From contig CP120460.1 in assembly GCA_034226945.1 (NCBI GenBank), positions 434,001 through 498,000 on the forward strand: 64,000 nt of DNA, written 5' to 3'. Below the pieces are notes generated by a model. The model was not told the DNA's origin and did no database searches. It saw only the letters and a program-made list of their open reading frames with translations. Positions 30,692 through 42,389 of the stretch are shown piece by piece. The position numbers and the translations under genes are program-made. Numbering within the stretch: the first letter of the stretch is position 1; every line of letters begins with the position of its first letter. The DNA is from Picochlorum sp. SENEW3. Taxonomy: Eukaryota.

Positions 30692-33292
30692 TTACACAGA
30701 AGAGGAGGAAGAAGAGGAAGAAGAAGAAGAAGATGCATCCTGAAGTTTTCCGGCTGGCTCATACTGCTTGATAATCTCCATAACTTCTTCTCCAAACACC
30801 GTCTCTTTTTCTAAAAGACGATCGGATAGAACACTCATTGCTTCTTTTCGTGCACTAAGTTCCTTTAGATTGGCCATGTATGATTCTTTGACAATATCAG
30901 CTGCCCGTGATTTCATGGCATGCCAGGAATTGTCAGAGGGCTGGAAGGATCCACCGTCGATGCTTGTCCCGTATAAATCTTCATCGATATTATCTACGGC
31001 AACCTCGAAGCTTTTCTGCATAAAGCCTAGGCGGCTTGGCGTGGGAGCATACGTTGTGATTCCAAGTGCAGCATCTAGTCCATAGTTTGCTACAAATCGC
31101 ATTGCCAGTTTGGTTGCATCCTGCAAAGACAGTAAGTATCGTCACATGTGGGACATGACGACCTACGTGAAAAAGAAAAAGAATCGTACCCTAACGTCGT
31201 TTGTTCCATATGTTGACGGGACACCATCCCAGACCTCTTCTGCAGCTCGCCCTGCCAAGACGACTCTGATTCTATCCAAAAGCCTTCCCTTGGTCATGAT
31301 GATGTAATCCTCGTCATTCCCTCTGGCATATATTGTTCTACTCCAATCCCTTCCTCTAGGAACAATGGAGACTCTCTCTACTGCCTCTATCCTCTGTGCT
31401 TTCTGGTGGAGAAGAGATGCAATGATGGCAGTGCCAGCTTCATGGACTGCCATGGACCTCTTGATTGGGAATCTATCAGGAAGGGCTGGTCGTCTAATAC
31501 CCTGAAGAACTCTATCGACAGCACCATATACATCTTCTGGGATAATTTCATGTCCGTCTCTGCGGACAGCCTCCAGTGCGGCTTCATTGAGCACATTGCC
31601 TAATTCAGCACCAGAGAGACCTGGCAAATCCTTTGCCAACTGCCCTAAATCCACATCAGGCGACATTGTATGCCGTCTTGCATGTATTTTTAAAATTTCT
31701 TTTCGTCCTTCTTCATCTGGTCGTCTGATGACAATCTTTCGGTCGAATCGACCAGCTCGGACGAGTGCTGCATCCAGCAAATCTGGTCTGTTTGTAGCAG
31801 CAACAAACACGACTCCTGAATCAGGTTTGAAACCATCCATCTCGGACAACAACTGATTTAACGTTTGCTCTCTCTCTTCATTAGTTTTCACTCCTGCAGC
31901 TGCTCTTTGAATGCCAAGCGCATCAATCTCATCGACAAATACTATACATGGTGCTTGGGCTCGTGCTCTCCGGAATAAATCACGCACTCGTGCAGCTCCA
32001 ACACCAACAATAGCTTCGACAAACTCTGAGCCTGCCATCTGATAAAATGGAACTCCAGCTTCACCAGCTATTGCCTTGGCAATAAGGGTTTTCCCTACAC
32101 CAGGGTCTCCAGAGAGGAGAATTCCCTTTGGGGGCCTTGCATCCAAGGCAGCATATCTCTTTGGATCCTTTAAAAATGAGACAATATCCATCATTTCGTG
32201 AATAGTCTCCCCCAATCCACCTACATCAGCAAATTTGACATCCGAAGATCCATCCTTACGGGCTGTTCCTTTACTTTGTGCAAACTCCATGGCCTGAAAC
32301 ATGTCAGTTGGCATTTGCTTTCGCGGTCTAAAAATCCCTATGGCCAATGCTCCAGCTAAAAAGGACATTCCAAACCCGTAGAATGCAATCGTAGGAAGCA
32401 TTTCCCAAAATGCGTGCAATGAACGCTCCGGCGCTGTGTAATGGAATGATATATTCATATGCTTGTCCGCAGGACAATCATACCCAGCACCAGAAGCTCT
32501 CTTCGTCCACCCCTTCCTCTCAACATCAAGCGCTGCTTTCCTCGACAACCGTTGCTCATACGCTTCAAACAATTGCTCAAAAACCTGATTATACCCATAC
32601 TCTCTCGGCGAAAACGGCTTCTGCGACATCCTCTTTGTCTTGTAGATGCCTCCCACAGTCCCACCACCCATATAATCCCTCAGGAAATTATCCGGACCTG
32701 GTCTATCTAAATTCACCCACCGCTTCCAACCTTCCTTCTCAGGAGATGTCAACAACACTCTATATCCTGCGAAACTCGGACGAAGGAACCGCCCACTATC
32801 ACTGAAAAACTCCATATTCCACACCTCTGCATCCGGGTTGTAATATTCACTCGTCCAATTCCTCTCCCTCAGACCCGCATAGAACTCCATATACGACATC
32901 TGCTTTATATCTGACCACTTTGGCTCTGGATTATATTGCTGCCCCCCGAGCACCTCGTATGGCACAAAATCATACACATTCTTGTCCTCTCCTCTTTTAG
33001 GCACCTCGAAATGAGCCCTCAAATCATCCATTGTCGGTCCCTCATTCTTGATCCGCTTCAAATCTTCCTTCTTAAATTTACTTGTATTCGGCTTTGGAGG
33101 CCCCTCGGCATTTTTGCCGCTACCACCCCCAATGCCGCTAAGCCAACCAGGAAGCCCCTGGGCCACAATGCCTCGCATTCCAATCATCTTATGCTTCCTA
33201 TTACCAAAATGTGAACATCGTCTTCTCAGATTGCTACCATGGCACCTCTGTTGTGGGTTCCTGAGACCCACGACTCCATGTGTCGCCCCCAT
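30692..33292 (-). CDS. FTSHI1: Plastid FtsH-like AAA protein, protease-inactive FtsHi1-like; 2 exons (33292-31190, 31120-30692), 843 aa
   Basis: Walker A GDPGVGKT, Walker B VFVDEID, SRH ATNRPDLLDAALVRAGRFDR; the zinc motif reads HEAGT instead of HExxH. Confidence 0.75.
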
Positions 33293-33561
33293 GAGTCGTA
33301 TCCGCGTCACTCTTCTACTCAATCAACAATGCACAAGATACATTGGTATATTTGATATGTAAACTTGTATTTAATCAACGCCATCAGTACAAATAGTGCT
33401 TGTATCGATGTTCGAGAGGAAAGTCTCCGTACTTAAAACATTCCGAATATATATATTACGGAGAATCCAGCCAGGATGAACGTTCTCACGTATGTTCGAG
33501 CTATTCAGATTTCCCAGTGAAATTTCTTTTATTCCATAGGTTTTTTTGTAGTGTTTCTGTT

Positions 33562-33773
33562 ATGAATCCGTACAGTGGCACATCAACCCTGGCAAAGGTG
33601 CTGAGGGTTGCCGCGGTGGGAGGAGGAGTTCTCTACGGATCCGTCAAGCTTGGGTATTTGAAGGTTGGTGGATCTGTAATTACGATACTATAGATCAACA
33701 TGTGAATGATGGTCGTGTTTGTGGTGTGCAGAGTGTAGCAGCATCAAATGCCAAAAAGGCAGCAAAGAAATAG
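33562..33773 (+). CDS. Mitochondrial ATP synthase subunit e (plant-type), 2 exons (33562-33663, 33732-33773), 47 aa
   Basis: MNPYSGTSTLAKVLRVAAVGGGVLYGSVKLGYLK|SVAASNAKKAAKK*; PYSGTSTLA plus GxxYG matches the plant subunit e pattern; phase-0 GT-AG intron. Confidence 0.8.
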
Positions 33774-33917
33774 TTAGAACTCTGGATTTTTACATGGCAT
33801 GTAAAAAAAATCAACGTTGATTGTTTTATCGAAGCTCAAAATCGACTAATGAATATAATTATCCTATCTGCTGCCTGAAAGGCAGGCTCTCATATATCAA
33901 ATATGGTACAATGTGAA

Positions 33918-36035
33918 TCAAGTATGGTCAAATGCCCTGACATCATCCGAGTGGGTATTTGGCATGCCAATAATTGCTGGGGCTGCTCCCCATAACTTTT
34001 TTACCAAATCCTCATCACTCGAATTGTGCGATCGTGCCAGATTATATTCTTCTTCCAAGCTGGGCAGTGCACTGGTGTATGTGTTGATGCGTCGTAATAC
34101 AGGCTTTGGTGGCAGGTTTCTGTCAGTTGTCTGCAGTGTAGCCATTCTACCCACCATGGTACCTGGAAGAGGGGGTTTGTTGGCTGTTGTCACGTTGCTT
34201 GCATCCGAGATGTCTACGCATGAGAGGTTTTGCATCGAGATGCTCTTGTTCAGTTTTCGCGGCCTTGCATTCTGCTCAAGGTTTGTGAGGGCCATCTCCT
34301 CATCATCCTCAAACATAAGTTCAGAAGATCCTCCATGCATATCCACTCCGGATGTGGTCACAAAGTCGTGTATATGCTGCAGATCGTGATCTTCCGGTTG
34401 ACCCAAAGACCCTGTCAATTCTCCCAAATCAACTCCACCAAAAATGTCCTTCTCATGCATGAAATCGTGAATTTCTTCATACGTTCCTGGGACTGCCATC
34501 TGACCTAGAGGTTCACCATTAAAAGGTACATGTGAAAATTGAGGCTCGCTGGTGACTCTCTTCATCCCAGAATGTCTTTTGGTGACCAGATCTGTGCTGG
34601 ATCCAGCATTCATGTGATGATCAGGTGCCAATATATGGCTTTCTGAACCAACTCGGATGAGAAGAGGTTCATCAAATGAACCCTGCTGCTGGTTTGGAAT
34701 CATTCCTACCGGTGTCACGTCTGATTCAATACTACCAGAGGTGAACTTGAGCCCTTCGCCTGGGGTAATGGAGAACTGTGGTCTGCCATGTTGTCTATGG
34801 CGTTCATTTGGTGCTGCTTTTGCTCGTGCAGCTGAATGATGATTGTGATCCACATGCGTTCCTGACATATTTTTCTTCGCTCTCATCTTCTCACTTCGGG
34901 ACGTTCCTTTTGTTGGCCTGTATTCGTATTCAAAATCATCGTCAGAATCAACTTCATTGCATTCTCCAAACCTTCCGTCATCCATGGACATATCCTCCAC
35001 AATACTTTGTCTCACGCCAACTTTGACTCCATTCGGCGCTTCATCTTTGAAATTGACATACGACTGTGCTTCTGCTGGCTTCAATCGCCACAGGGCTTTA
35101 TCATATGCGCGTGCAGCAGCTTCTTCAGAATCAAAGAGCTCCCTGTATGCCCACCTTCTGTTGACCATGACTTTAGCCTCCCATTTCCCCTTCTTCTTAG
35201 AAACACCCCTGTACTTACTGCTCTTATCCATAGGCTTAACACCCAATGCGCGCTGTAAGCTCTCTCTATCCAAATCTCTGAAAGGCTCAATGTCTTGCTC
35301 AGGATAGTCATCCACTGGGAAATTTGTTTGTGCCTGCATCCCATGCAGGGCAAGGCTCACTCGATCGTAGACCTTTGCGGCCTCTTCTTCTGTCTCATAG
35401 TACCCAAGATGAGTCACTTTACCATGTACCAATATCCTTGCTTGCCATTGATTCTTCCTGTTGGAAGAGCCCACCCCCATATACTTGGATGTTCTCTGCC
35501 GAGACATGAATCGCCGCCGAGGAGCCTGCTTGATTCTCTCACTCTTCAACGTGGTCTTCACTTCTTCACGTGTCTTGCCACTGAGGCAAGGAATAGAATC
35601 CTCTGAATAGTCAGAAACATCAAAATTTGTCTGCAAATTTGGTGCATCCCGACCTAGAAGACCAATGGCAGCCCGATCATACGCTCTTGCAGCAGCCTCT
35701 TCAGTATCGAAATACCCAACTGATACTCCACTTTTACCCAAAGCTGCAACTTTGATCTGAACCCTCCATTTCGCCTTCTTCCTGTCGTAACTGACTCCTC
35801 GATACCTGCTCTTGTTCACTGGTGCATGAGAGCGAGCTTGCGGACTCCCATCCGAACCCAGCCCACCAGCAGATGTATTTGCTTCTGACAAAGAACTTGA
35901 TGGCTTTTCATCACTCGGAGATTCCGCCGTTTTGCATGCAAGACCATGTTGCCCTTGTCCACCACCTCGCTTCTCCAGGGGATGAAACAGCATCTGCTCC
36001 GCCCCATTCGTCGCACTGTACCCTTCCGTCTTCAT
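33918..36035 (-). CDS. AP2-domain transcription factor with three AP2 domains, 705 aa
   Basis: SRYRGV...AAARAYDRAA; SKYMGV...AAKVYDRVS; SKYRGV...AAARAYDKAL. Confidence 0.9.
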   Translation of the reverse strand: MKTEGYSATNGAEQMLFHPLEKRGGGQGQHGLACKTAESPSDEKPSSSLSEANTSAGGLGSDGSPQARSHAPVNKSRYRGVSYDRKKAKWRVQIKVAALGKSGVSVGYFDTEEAAARAYDRAAIGLLGRDAPNLQTNFDVSDYSEDSIPCLSGKTREEVKTTLKSERIKQAPRRRFMSRQRTSKYMGVGSSNRKNQWQARILVHGKVTHLGYYETEEEAAKVYDRVSLALHGMQAQTNFPVDDYPEQDIEPFRDLDRESLQRALGVKPMDKSSKYRGVSKKKGKWEAKVMVNRRWAYRELFDSEEAAARAYDKALWRLKPAEAQSYVNFKDEAPNGVKVGVRQSIVEDMSMDDGRFGECNEVDSDDDFEYEYRPTKGTSRSEKMRAKKNMSGTHVDHNHHSAARAKAAPNERHRQHGRPQFSITPGEGLKFTSGSIESDVTPVGMIPNQQQGSFDEPLLIRVGSESHILAPDHHMNAGSSTDLVTKRHSGMKRVTSEPQFSHVPFNGEPLGQMAVPGTYEEIHDFMHEKDIFGGVDLGELTGSLGQPEDHDLQHIHDFVTTSGVDMHGGSSELMFEDDEEMALTNLEQNARPRKLNKSISMQNLSCVDISDASNVTTANKPPLPGTMVGRMATLQTTDRNLPPKPVLRRINTYTSALPSLEEEYNLARSHNSSDEDLVKKLWGAAPAIIGMPNTHSDDVRAFDHT

Positions 36036-37038
36036 TATTGTACAAAATATTCAATGTTCAAGCAACTGAGACAATACTCGGAAAATCCGTCCGTGCAGAT
36101 ACTGCAAATCGCCTCCCTTACAACAAGCCACAATGGTATTGAGAGAAACTCCTGCTCCTTGCACACAAAAATTTACTACTACGCTTCTTCACCACTATCT
36201 TAACTCACAAAAGATACTGGTCCATCCATTCAACAAACTCCAATATCAATAGCATGCCATTGTATCATGCTGCACATGCAGAAGCAGATGAAAAGGTTGA
36301 ATCCCCTCATATCCAGCATCACAGGAGGGTTAAAAGAAACCCAAACACGGCACCATCCCCATGACATCGTACTCTCTTTCCCCCGACCGAACACGCCATA
36401 CCACCAATTGCACACAATGTATCACTATCCCACCCGCCACGGCACTCGCAGAGGGACTCAACTCGCAAACACCCAACCTTATCCCAACCCACCCTGAAAT
36501 CAACACATCCCTCCGGTCCCGCATGCCCCTGCATAGGGACCATTGCCATCACCACGTAGATATTCTACGAGACCTTGCCACACACGAATGCAGCCCATAA
36601 CTCCTCTTGTCCTCTATGCTTGTCCCATTTTGTCACCATGTCGTATCCGAGACAGCAATATACAAGTCCCAACCCCCTTATCCCCCTTCGATACCCCTCC
36701 GCGTTCAATCAAGCACCCGACGACAGAGAACCTAGCCAGGTACCCCAACGCCGACAACAACATTGCCTTTCTTGGCATACATACCATTCCGCAACCAATT
36801 TATATTTAGAATTCTAAATTCAGTTTACCAATACATCTACCTTTCCGCCAATGCCTCCCCCTTGAGTATATTCTTCCGCGGGTGGTGGCTTCTAGATTCG
36901 CTTCCCATCAAAGGATATATTTGATGGGAGAGTATACTGCGGATTCCAATGATTCCGAATGTCCAGTCTTTCAAGCTTCCCGTCAATCCATACGCCCGGC
37001 ACAGTATCATTCATTGGTAAATTATAGGTAATAAAAGC

Positions 37039-37887
37039 ATGCTCCAGTGCATCAGAAAATTGCATGGCACTCTCGACATACCTCGGAGGCGACAGGGGAC
37101 TGCTGTCTCGTCTTCTGCTCCTTGTTGTTTTTCTTCTGCTCAATACACGTCTCCAGTGACGACCAGGCACGGGATTTCCAAACGCAGTATCCGTCTATAC
37201 AGTCCAGTTGTGTACGATATGACATTACGCCAAGACATGCGCATTCAGAGGCGAGGAGGGGAGATGCCCCCATGTGCATCCTCATCACAGGATGCCCAAA
37301 CAACACTGTTCACAATTCCCACCATGCTCACATTGGCCCGCGTGGTGGCCATCCCAGCCTTGGTTGGATGCTGGTGTAGTCAGATGTGGATGTGGTGTTG
37401 GGGACTGTTCATAGGAGCCTCCGTCACAGACTTTTTTGATGGATACTTGGCACGGGCATGGAACTGCTCCACACCATTTGGAGCATTCCTTGATCCGGTA
37501 GCAGATAAACTTATGGTTGCGACGATATTGATATTAATAGGAACTGTGCCGATTCCGGCAGGATATTTTGCTGGAAATACATGGATACTTCCCGTGACGG
37601 CGTGCATCATCATTGCTCGTGAGATTACCATGTCAGCATTGAGAGAGTGGGGTGCCACCCTTGGTCCTGAAGCTCACAGCGCTGTCGCTGTGAATGCACT
37701 AGGCAAGTACAAGACATCCTCGCAAATGGCATCTCTTATACTGTTGCTTGGGGCGAAGACGACTGTCGTATCCCCATGGGAAGCACTTGCCACAGACACT
37801 GGATTAGCATTACTAGGCATTGCAGCCTGTTTGACTGTATCATCTCTGGTATCGTATTTTAGAGGGTTATGGAAATTTATGGTGTAA
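37039..37887 (+). CDS. Phosphatidylglycerophosphate synthase (CDP-alcohol phosphatidyltransferase), organelle-targeted
   Basis: TIPTMLTLARV, TDFFDGYLAR...FGAFLDPVADK, REITMSALREW, GKYKT. Confidence 0.88.
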   Translation: MLQCIRKLHGTLDIPRRRQGTAVSSSAPCCFSSAQYTSPVTTRHGISKRSIRLYSPVVYDMTLRQDMRIQRRGGEMPPCASSSQDAQTTLFTIPTMLTLARVVAIPALVGCWCSQMWMWCWGLFIGASVTDFFDGYLARAWNCSTPFGAFLDPVADKLMVATILILIGTVPIPAGYFAGNTWILPVTACIIIAREITMSALREWGATLGPEAHSAVAVNALGKYKTSSQMASLILLLGAKTTVVSPWEALATDTGLALLGIAACLTVSSLVSYFRGLWKFMV

Positions 37888-38150
37888 CATAACACTATGT
37901 ATAGAAATGTCTTGAGAATGAATTCATTCAATTCGAATGCCGCTGCCTTTTTACAGGTACATGGCATGGAAGTATGTTCTTCAAGATTGCTTGAGATTGC
38001 TTTCGTGCGTCTTCCGAAGATCAAGTTCATCTGCCAGCAGCAGTCATTACGGAGATCATTGGGCATTGAGAAGAAGAATAGAAAATTCATTGCTATTGTG
38101 TACAATAATAACTAAAAGAAGACCAGTAGAATCTTTCGGACAGCAGCAGC

Positions 38151-38767
38151 ATGGGGTATAGAGGTGGGAGCAGAGGCCGAGGTCGTAAAGGACGTGGAGG
38201 AGGAGGATCTCGACGGGACAGACCCGTTCATGAACCAGAATATATTGAGAATAGAGATGGATCATCATCATCCGTTGGGGACGAGAGCGACACTTCATCG
38301 TCGAGCGGAGAAGCATTCGGTACGCCAGTCAACACAGGTCCTGATTGCACGCATCATGATTAACACAGCATTACATGGTTGTAGGTGTAGCCCGTCGACG
38401 AGATGGGCAGTCAGATAGAGTTGGTATGCTGCCTCCAAGCGACAGTGATGACTACTCATCTTCCGATGAGGACGAGCGAGGTGGGGGTCAGGCTCGAGGA
38501 AGAACAGTGCTTCCTGGTGATTTGCCTCCCATGAGTTCGGATGAGGAGGATGACGATGAGCCACGTGCTCCTCAGCCAGTGCAGAAGAATCGCAGGGAGT
38601 TGGAGGAGGAGAGGAAAATGCAAGAGGAGATGGACAGGTTGCGTCTGATTCGCGAGAAGCGTGAGAAACAGAGGCTTCAGAGAATTGAAGAAGAGGGTTG
38701 GGATAGGTTTGCGCCTCTGACTGATGACAATCATCCACCGGGTACAGCACCACCAAGTCAGCTGTGA
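38151..38767 (+). CDS. RGG/acidic protein with PP28 (PDAP1)-like C-terminus, 2 exons (38151-38319, 38385-38767), 183 aa
   Basis: RGG-rich N-terminus, repeated GxLPPxxSD motif, NRRELEEERK...MDRLRLIREKRE; frame-restoring intron. Confidence 0.65.
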
Positions 38768-38990
38768 TTATGAGTGGGCACATGCTTAGTGATACTATTG
38801 CGTGGAGTCTTCAGAGGCGGCTATATTTCAGTGCGACAAGAGATGTAGCATATATATACACTGTTCAATGTGACGGAGAAAATCAATCAATCGATACCCA
38901 TGTATATATCATATACTTGTAAGTATGTTTGTTGCGAAAAAAACCCAAGCAAGTGCAAACAACAAGAAAACTTGAAGAATGGAGAATATC

Positions 38991-39299
38991 TTAACACCAG
39001 AATGGGCTCAGGACAGTATCTATCAAGAGATATCCAACTAAACTACTGACGGGCGTAATGTATGCGTGAAATCTAAATGATGATGGGGGTGGTGCAGAAG
39101 CAGCTCCCTCAAACCAACTGACAACCATACAGCACCCGTCGTAACAGTCTCTCTCTTCGATATATCCAGTTGGACAGTCATCTACTGTCTTACAAGGAGT
39201 TGATAATGCACTGAATTTGGTGCTGCAGTCCTCCCCCGATACAGGGTGAAGGAAACAAAGGCATAGAATCAAAAGGGCACCTGCCCGAACCAAGCCCAT
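38991..39299 (-). CDS. Small secreted or anchored Cys-rich protein, 102 aa
   Basis: Signal peptide, six-Cys core (C-C-C-C-CC), hydrophobic C-terminus. Confidence 0.6.
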   Translation of the reverse strand: MGLVRAGALLILCLCFLHPVSGEDCSTKFSALSTPCKTVDDCPTGYIEERDCYDGCCMVVSWFEGAASAPPPSSFRFHAYITPVSSLVGYLLIDTVLSPFWC

Positions 39300-40563
39300 G
39301 AAACGCAAGCAAAAGTTGCTACCAAAGATTCATCTTTTTCTATTGTGATTCCATAATGCTGCGTGTGGTATCATACCCGCATACTGGATCCAGGGACTCG
39401 CCCAACTCTACTTCAAATCGAAATATTTCGTAATAAGGTACTTTAAAACGCGAATCCAAGATTCTTTCAAGATTTCTTGGAAATCGCGCCCAATATCGCA
39501 TCCAATGCTACCATTCCACGTCCCATCAACCAGCCCTCTTGATAGGAAATGCTTCGCATCCGCCTCCATCGTCGCCCCTCGTGTCCGAATGCATATCTGG
39601 GAGCACCCATACGTGCACACAACACTATTGTCGGTTATTTTATTGTCAACTCCAACGAATGTTTGATTACTCTACATAAGCAGAGGTTGTTTGCCCCTTT
39701 CTGTTTTCCTGCACACAAGGCTTTTTCTGTGCGCTACCGAAACTCAACAACAGAGTTTTGCAGTGGTTTTGCGTACGGTGTGAACAAGCTTTCTTCATAA
39801 GAAATAAACATATAATTCTTGTTCGACCAGCGTTCGTCACGGACGTGGTTTTTGAAGTAGGGACAGGTCCTTGGCACAACACGCGAGCGCCTCGTCTTGA
39901 TATTTGGTGTGATCCGGTCATTGAGCATTTGCAACCGGATCTAGTGAAAGAGACTTATTTTGTGCTTGGAAAGACGTAGAGAGAGAGATTCTCGCACGAG
40001 AATTATTACCAACACTTCGTGAGGTTATCAGTTTTTGCCGTTTTATTGAGAAACAAGCCTGTCTTGTTTCGGTGTTTTTCAGCGAAAGAATCAACAACAG
40101 CAACAGGTCGCTGAAATGAATTCATCAATGGCTCAGGTCCTGTATCACAGTTTTCATCCGGGGATGAGGGATGAACGAGAGGAGGTATGTTGTGTGATGC
40201 TATGATGGCGAGCGAGGAGGGTGGGTTTGGGTGCTTGCATGCATGGAGTCCCAATGGCATTGGGAGGTCAAACAGGCATGGGATCTGCATGGGACTGCCC
40301 AGGGAGGCATGGTTTCGTGGGGTGTATATACATGTCGGGATGGTTGTTATTGATGGTATACAATTCTAAAAGTATACGTGCTACAATTTGTGTGGGGTGT
40401 ACTACTACTACTACTACTACACTCGTTGTTCTTCTACAACGTGTCACAGTGTGGCACAGTATTTCATTTGAATTTCATTCTATTTGATTTTGAGAGTTAG
40501 GGCACTCTCCTCGCTCGCTACTTGAAGACGTTGGCCATTATGTGTACATGTGTGTGTGATCCA

Positions 40564-42165
40564 ATGGAATTTCTCCTTCCGCAGGATTTGCTGTCACCAA
40601 CATCTCAAGGACATGGCATGCACGCAGTGCAGCAGCAGTCACTTGGGGGACACTTGGAGCAGCATATGATGATGCAGCGACAGCAAGAAATGAATATTGG
40701 GCAGTTTAATACGACTGAATTGAATGTACCAGAGTATGCTTCTGATGGATTCAGAATGTTCCACTTCAAGGTGGAGCGGTGCAGCAAGAGATTTGTGCAC
40801 GACTGGAGATCCTGTCCATTTGCCCATCCTACAGAGAATGCGCGGCGTAGGGACCCCAGACAGTTCAAGTATGTCCCTGTTCCTTGTCCAGATTACAAGA
40901 GAGGGATTTGCTTGAGAGGAGACACGTGCCCGTATTCACATGGTGTTTATGAATGCTGGCTTCACCCAGCAAAGTACAAGACACAGTTGTGCAAGGAAGG
41001 GCCTCGTTGCAAGAGACCTGTGTGCTTTTTTGCTCACTCGGTGGGTGATTTAAGGCAGCCAACGCATGTTTTCCAAGATGATGCTCAGAATGAAGCTGAA
41101 ATCCCAAAGACAGTTGCAGCTGCCTTGATGCAACATGTCCAGGCAGATGCACAGTCAATTCAATCCAGTGAGCAGGAAGAGGCTTTGAATAATATGGGAA
41201 AATCAAATGAGAAACGCAGCGAGGGCAGCTCTTCGGATTCCGGAAACAACAATGAAGATGTTGGCGATTCCTCGCAAAACGTAATGTTGCAAAATGAAGA
41301 TTCAACAAAATCAAGCCAAGATTTGCTTCCAGCAGTGGAGAGAATGCAAGGTTTCCCGGCCACTCCTCAAGCACAGCGAAAGGAAAGATCGGCTGCAATG
41401 CCGACGACCGATAATGTGAGCTTGCTTGGTATTGGAAGCCCACAGGAGGAGGACAAGGTTCGCCCAGTGTCCTTGGACACGCAGATTGGCTATCGAGCAA
41501 ATGGATTGGAGCGCAAGAGTATGGATGGGGCTTGGACAAATTCAAATACCACTTCTCAGTTGATGCAAGGTGTGCCAGTGAATGAGCAGCCTCTGGTGTC
41601 CACTCAGGGCCCACGCATGTCAAATGCAGTGGCACGGAAGCTGGGGTTGGCTCCCACAAGGACATCGTCTGCGTCCTCGGCAGGAATTATGTCTCCACAA
41701 AGAAGATCGTTTGATCTTGTTCAGCAGCAGCAGCAGCATATGAACGCAAGGAGGTCGCTGGATGGATATAATGACTATGGAAATGTTGACAGGTTCCCAC
41801 TGTCATCAAACCATCCAGATGCCATGCACCCATCTTTGTTGGCTGCGATGAATGGAATCGAGTATGCTCATGCTGCGCACTGGCTTGAATCTTCAAATCC
41901 AGCAGGGGCAGGAAACTTGAACTCCATTGTCAATTCCATGGGCAGCTTGAATTTCCGTGACAATGCCGGCTCTTTCCAAGGAAATGGCTCTCAGATGTCT
42001 CAAGGGCTCTTTGCCACTGAATTTGGACGAGTACGAATCTGCAGGAGAGAGACATGCATGATTGGCTCTCGAGTATTTTCGGTCATTTGGGTTGACGATT
42101 TCATTTACAAACTTGTGCTATTGCATGACACGAGTGGTTACACTGCAATCCTTTACGCAAGATGA
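40564..42165 (+). CDS. RR-TZF tandem CCCH zinc-finger RNA-binding protein (termini uncertain)
   Basis: SDGFRMFHFKVERC..HDWRSCPFAHPTENARRRDP, CPDYKRGICLRGDTCPYSHG, CKEGPRCKRPVCFFAH. Confidence 0.9.
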   Translation: MEFLLPQDLLSPTSQGHGMHAVQQQSLGGHLEQHMMMQRQQEMNIGQFNTTELNVPEYASDGFRMFHFKVERCSKRFVHDWRSCPFAHPTENARRRDPRQFKYVPVPCPDYKRGICLRGDTCPYSHGVYECWLHPAKYKTQLCKEGPRCKRPVCFFAHSVGDLRQPTHVFQDDAQNEAEIPKTVAAALMQHVQADAQSIQSSEQEEALNNMGKSNEKRSEGSSSDSGNNNEDVGDSSQNVMLQNEDSTKSSQDLLPAVERMQGFPATPQAQRKERSAAMPTTDNVSLLGIGSPQEEDKVRPVSLDTQIGYRANGLERKSMDGAWTNSNTTSQLMQGVPVNEQPLVSTQGPRMSNAVARKLGLAPTRTSSASSAGIMSPQRRSFDLVQQQQQHMNARRSLDGYNDYGNVDRFPLSSNHPDAMHPSLLAAMNGIEYAHAAHWLESSNPAGAGNLNSIVNSMGSLNFRDNAGSFQGNGSQMSQGLFATEFGRVRICRRETCMIGSRVFSVIWVDDFIYKLVLLHDTSGYTAILYAR

Positions 42166-42389
42166 ATTCAAAAAGGTTGTAGGAGGATGATGTATACATG
42201 GATATTTCATTTCACCGTCCAGATTTCAAATATTGGATGAAACCCCAAGAGGCTTGCATACTTTTTGCTTGCTTGACTAATGAATGAGGAGTTTTGTGAT
42301 TGATTGATTGATTTCGAGATACGATAGAGACAATGCATTATCACGCATATTCTTTTAAATACACTTTTTCCCACGTATATGTAACGACT

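Noticed and set aside
39911..39941. 8-bp inverted repeat GATCCGGT/ACCGGATC upstream of the TZF gene
   Set aside because: An isolated short stem with no other RNA-family features; expected by chance in 64 kb.
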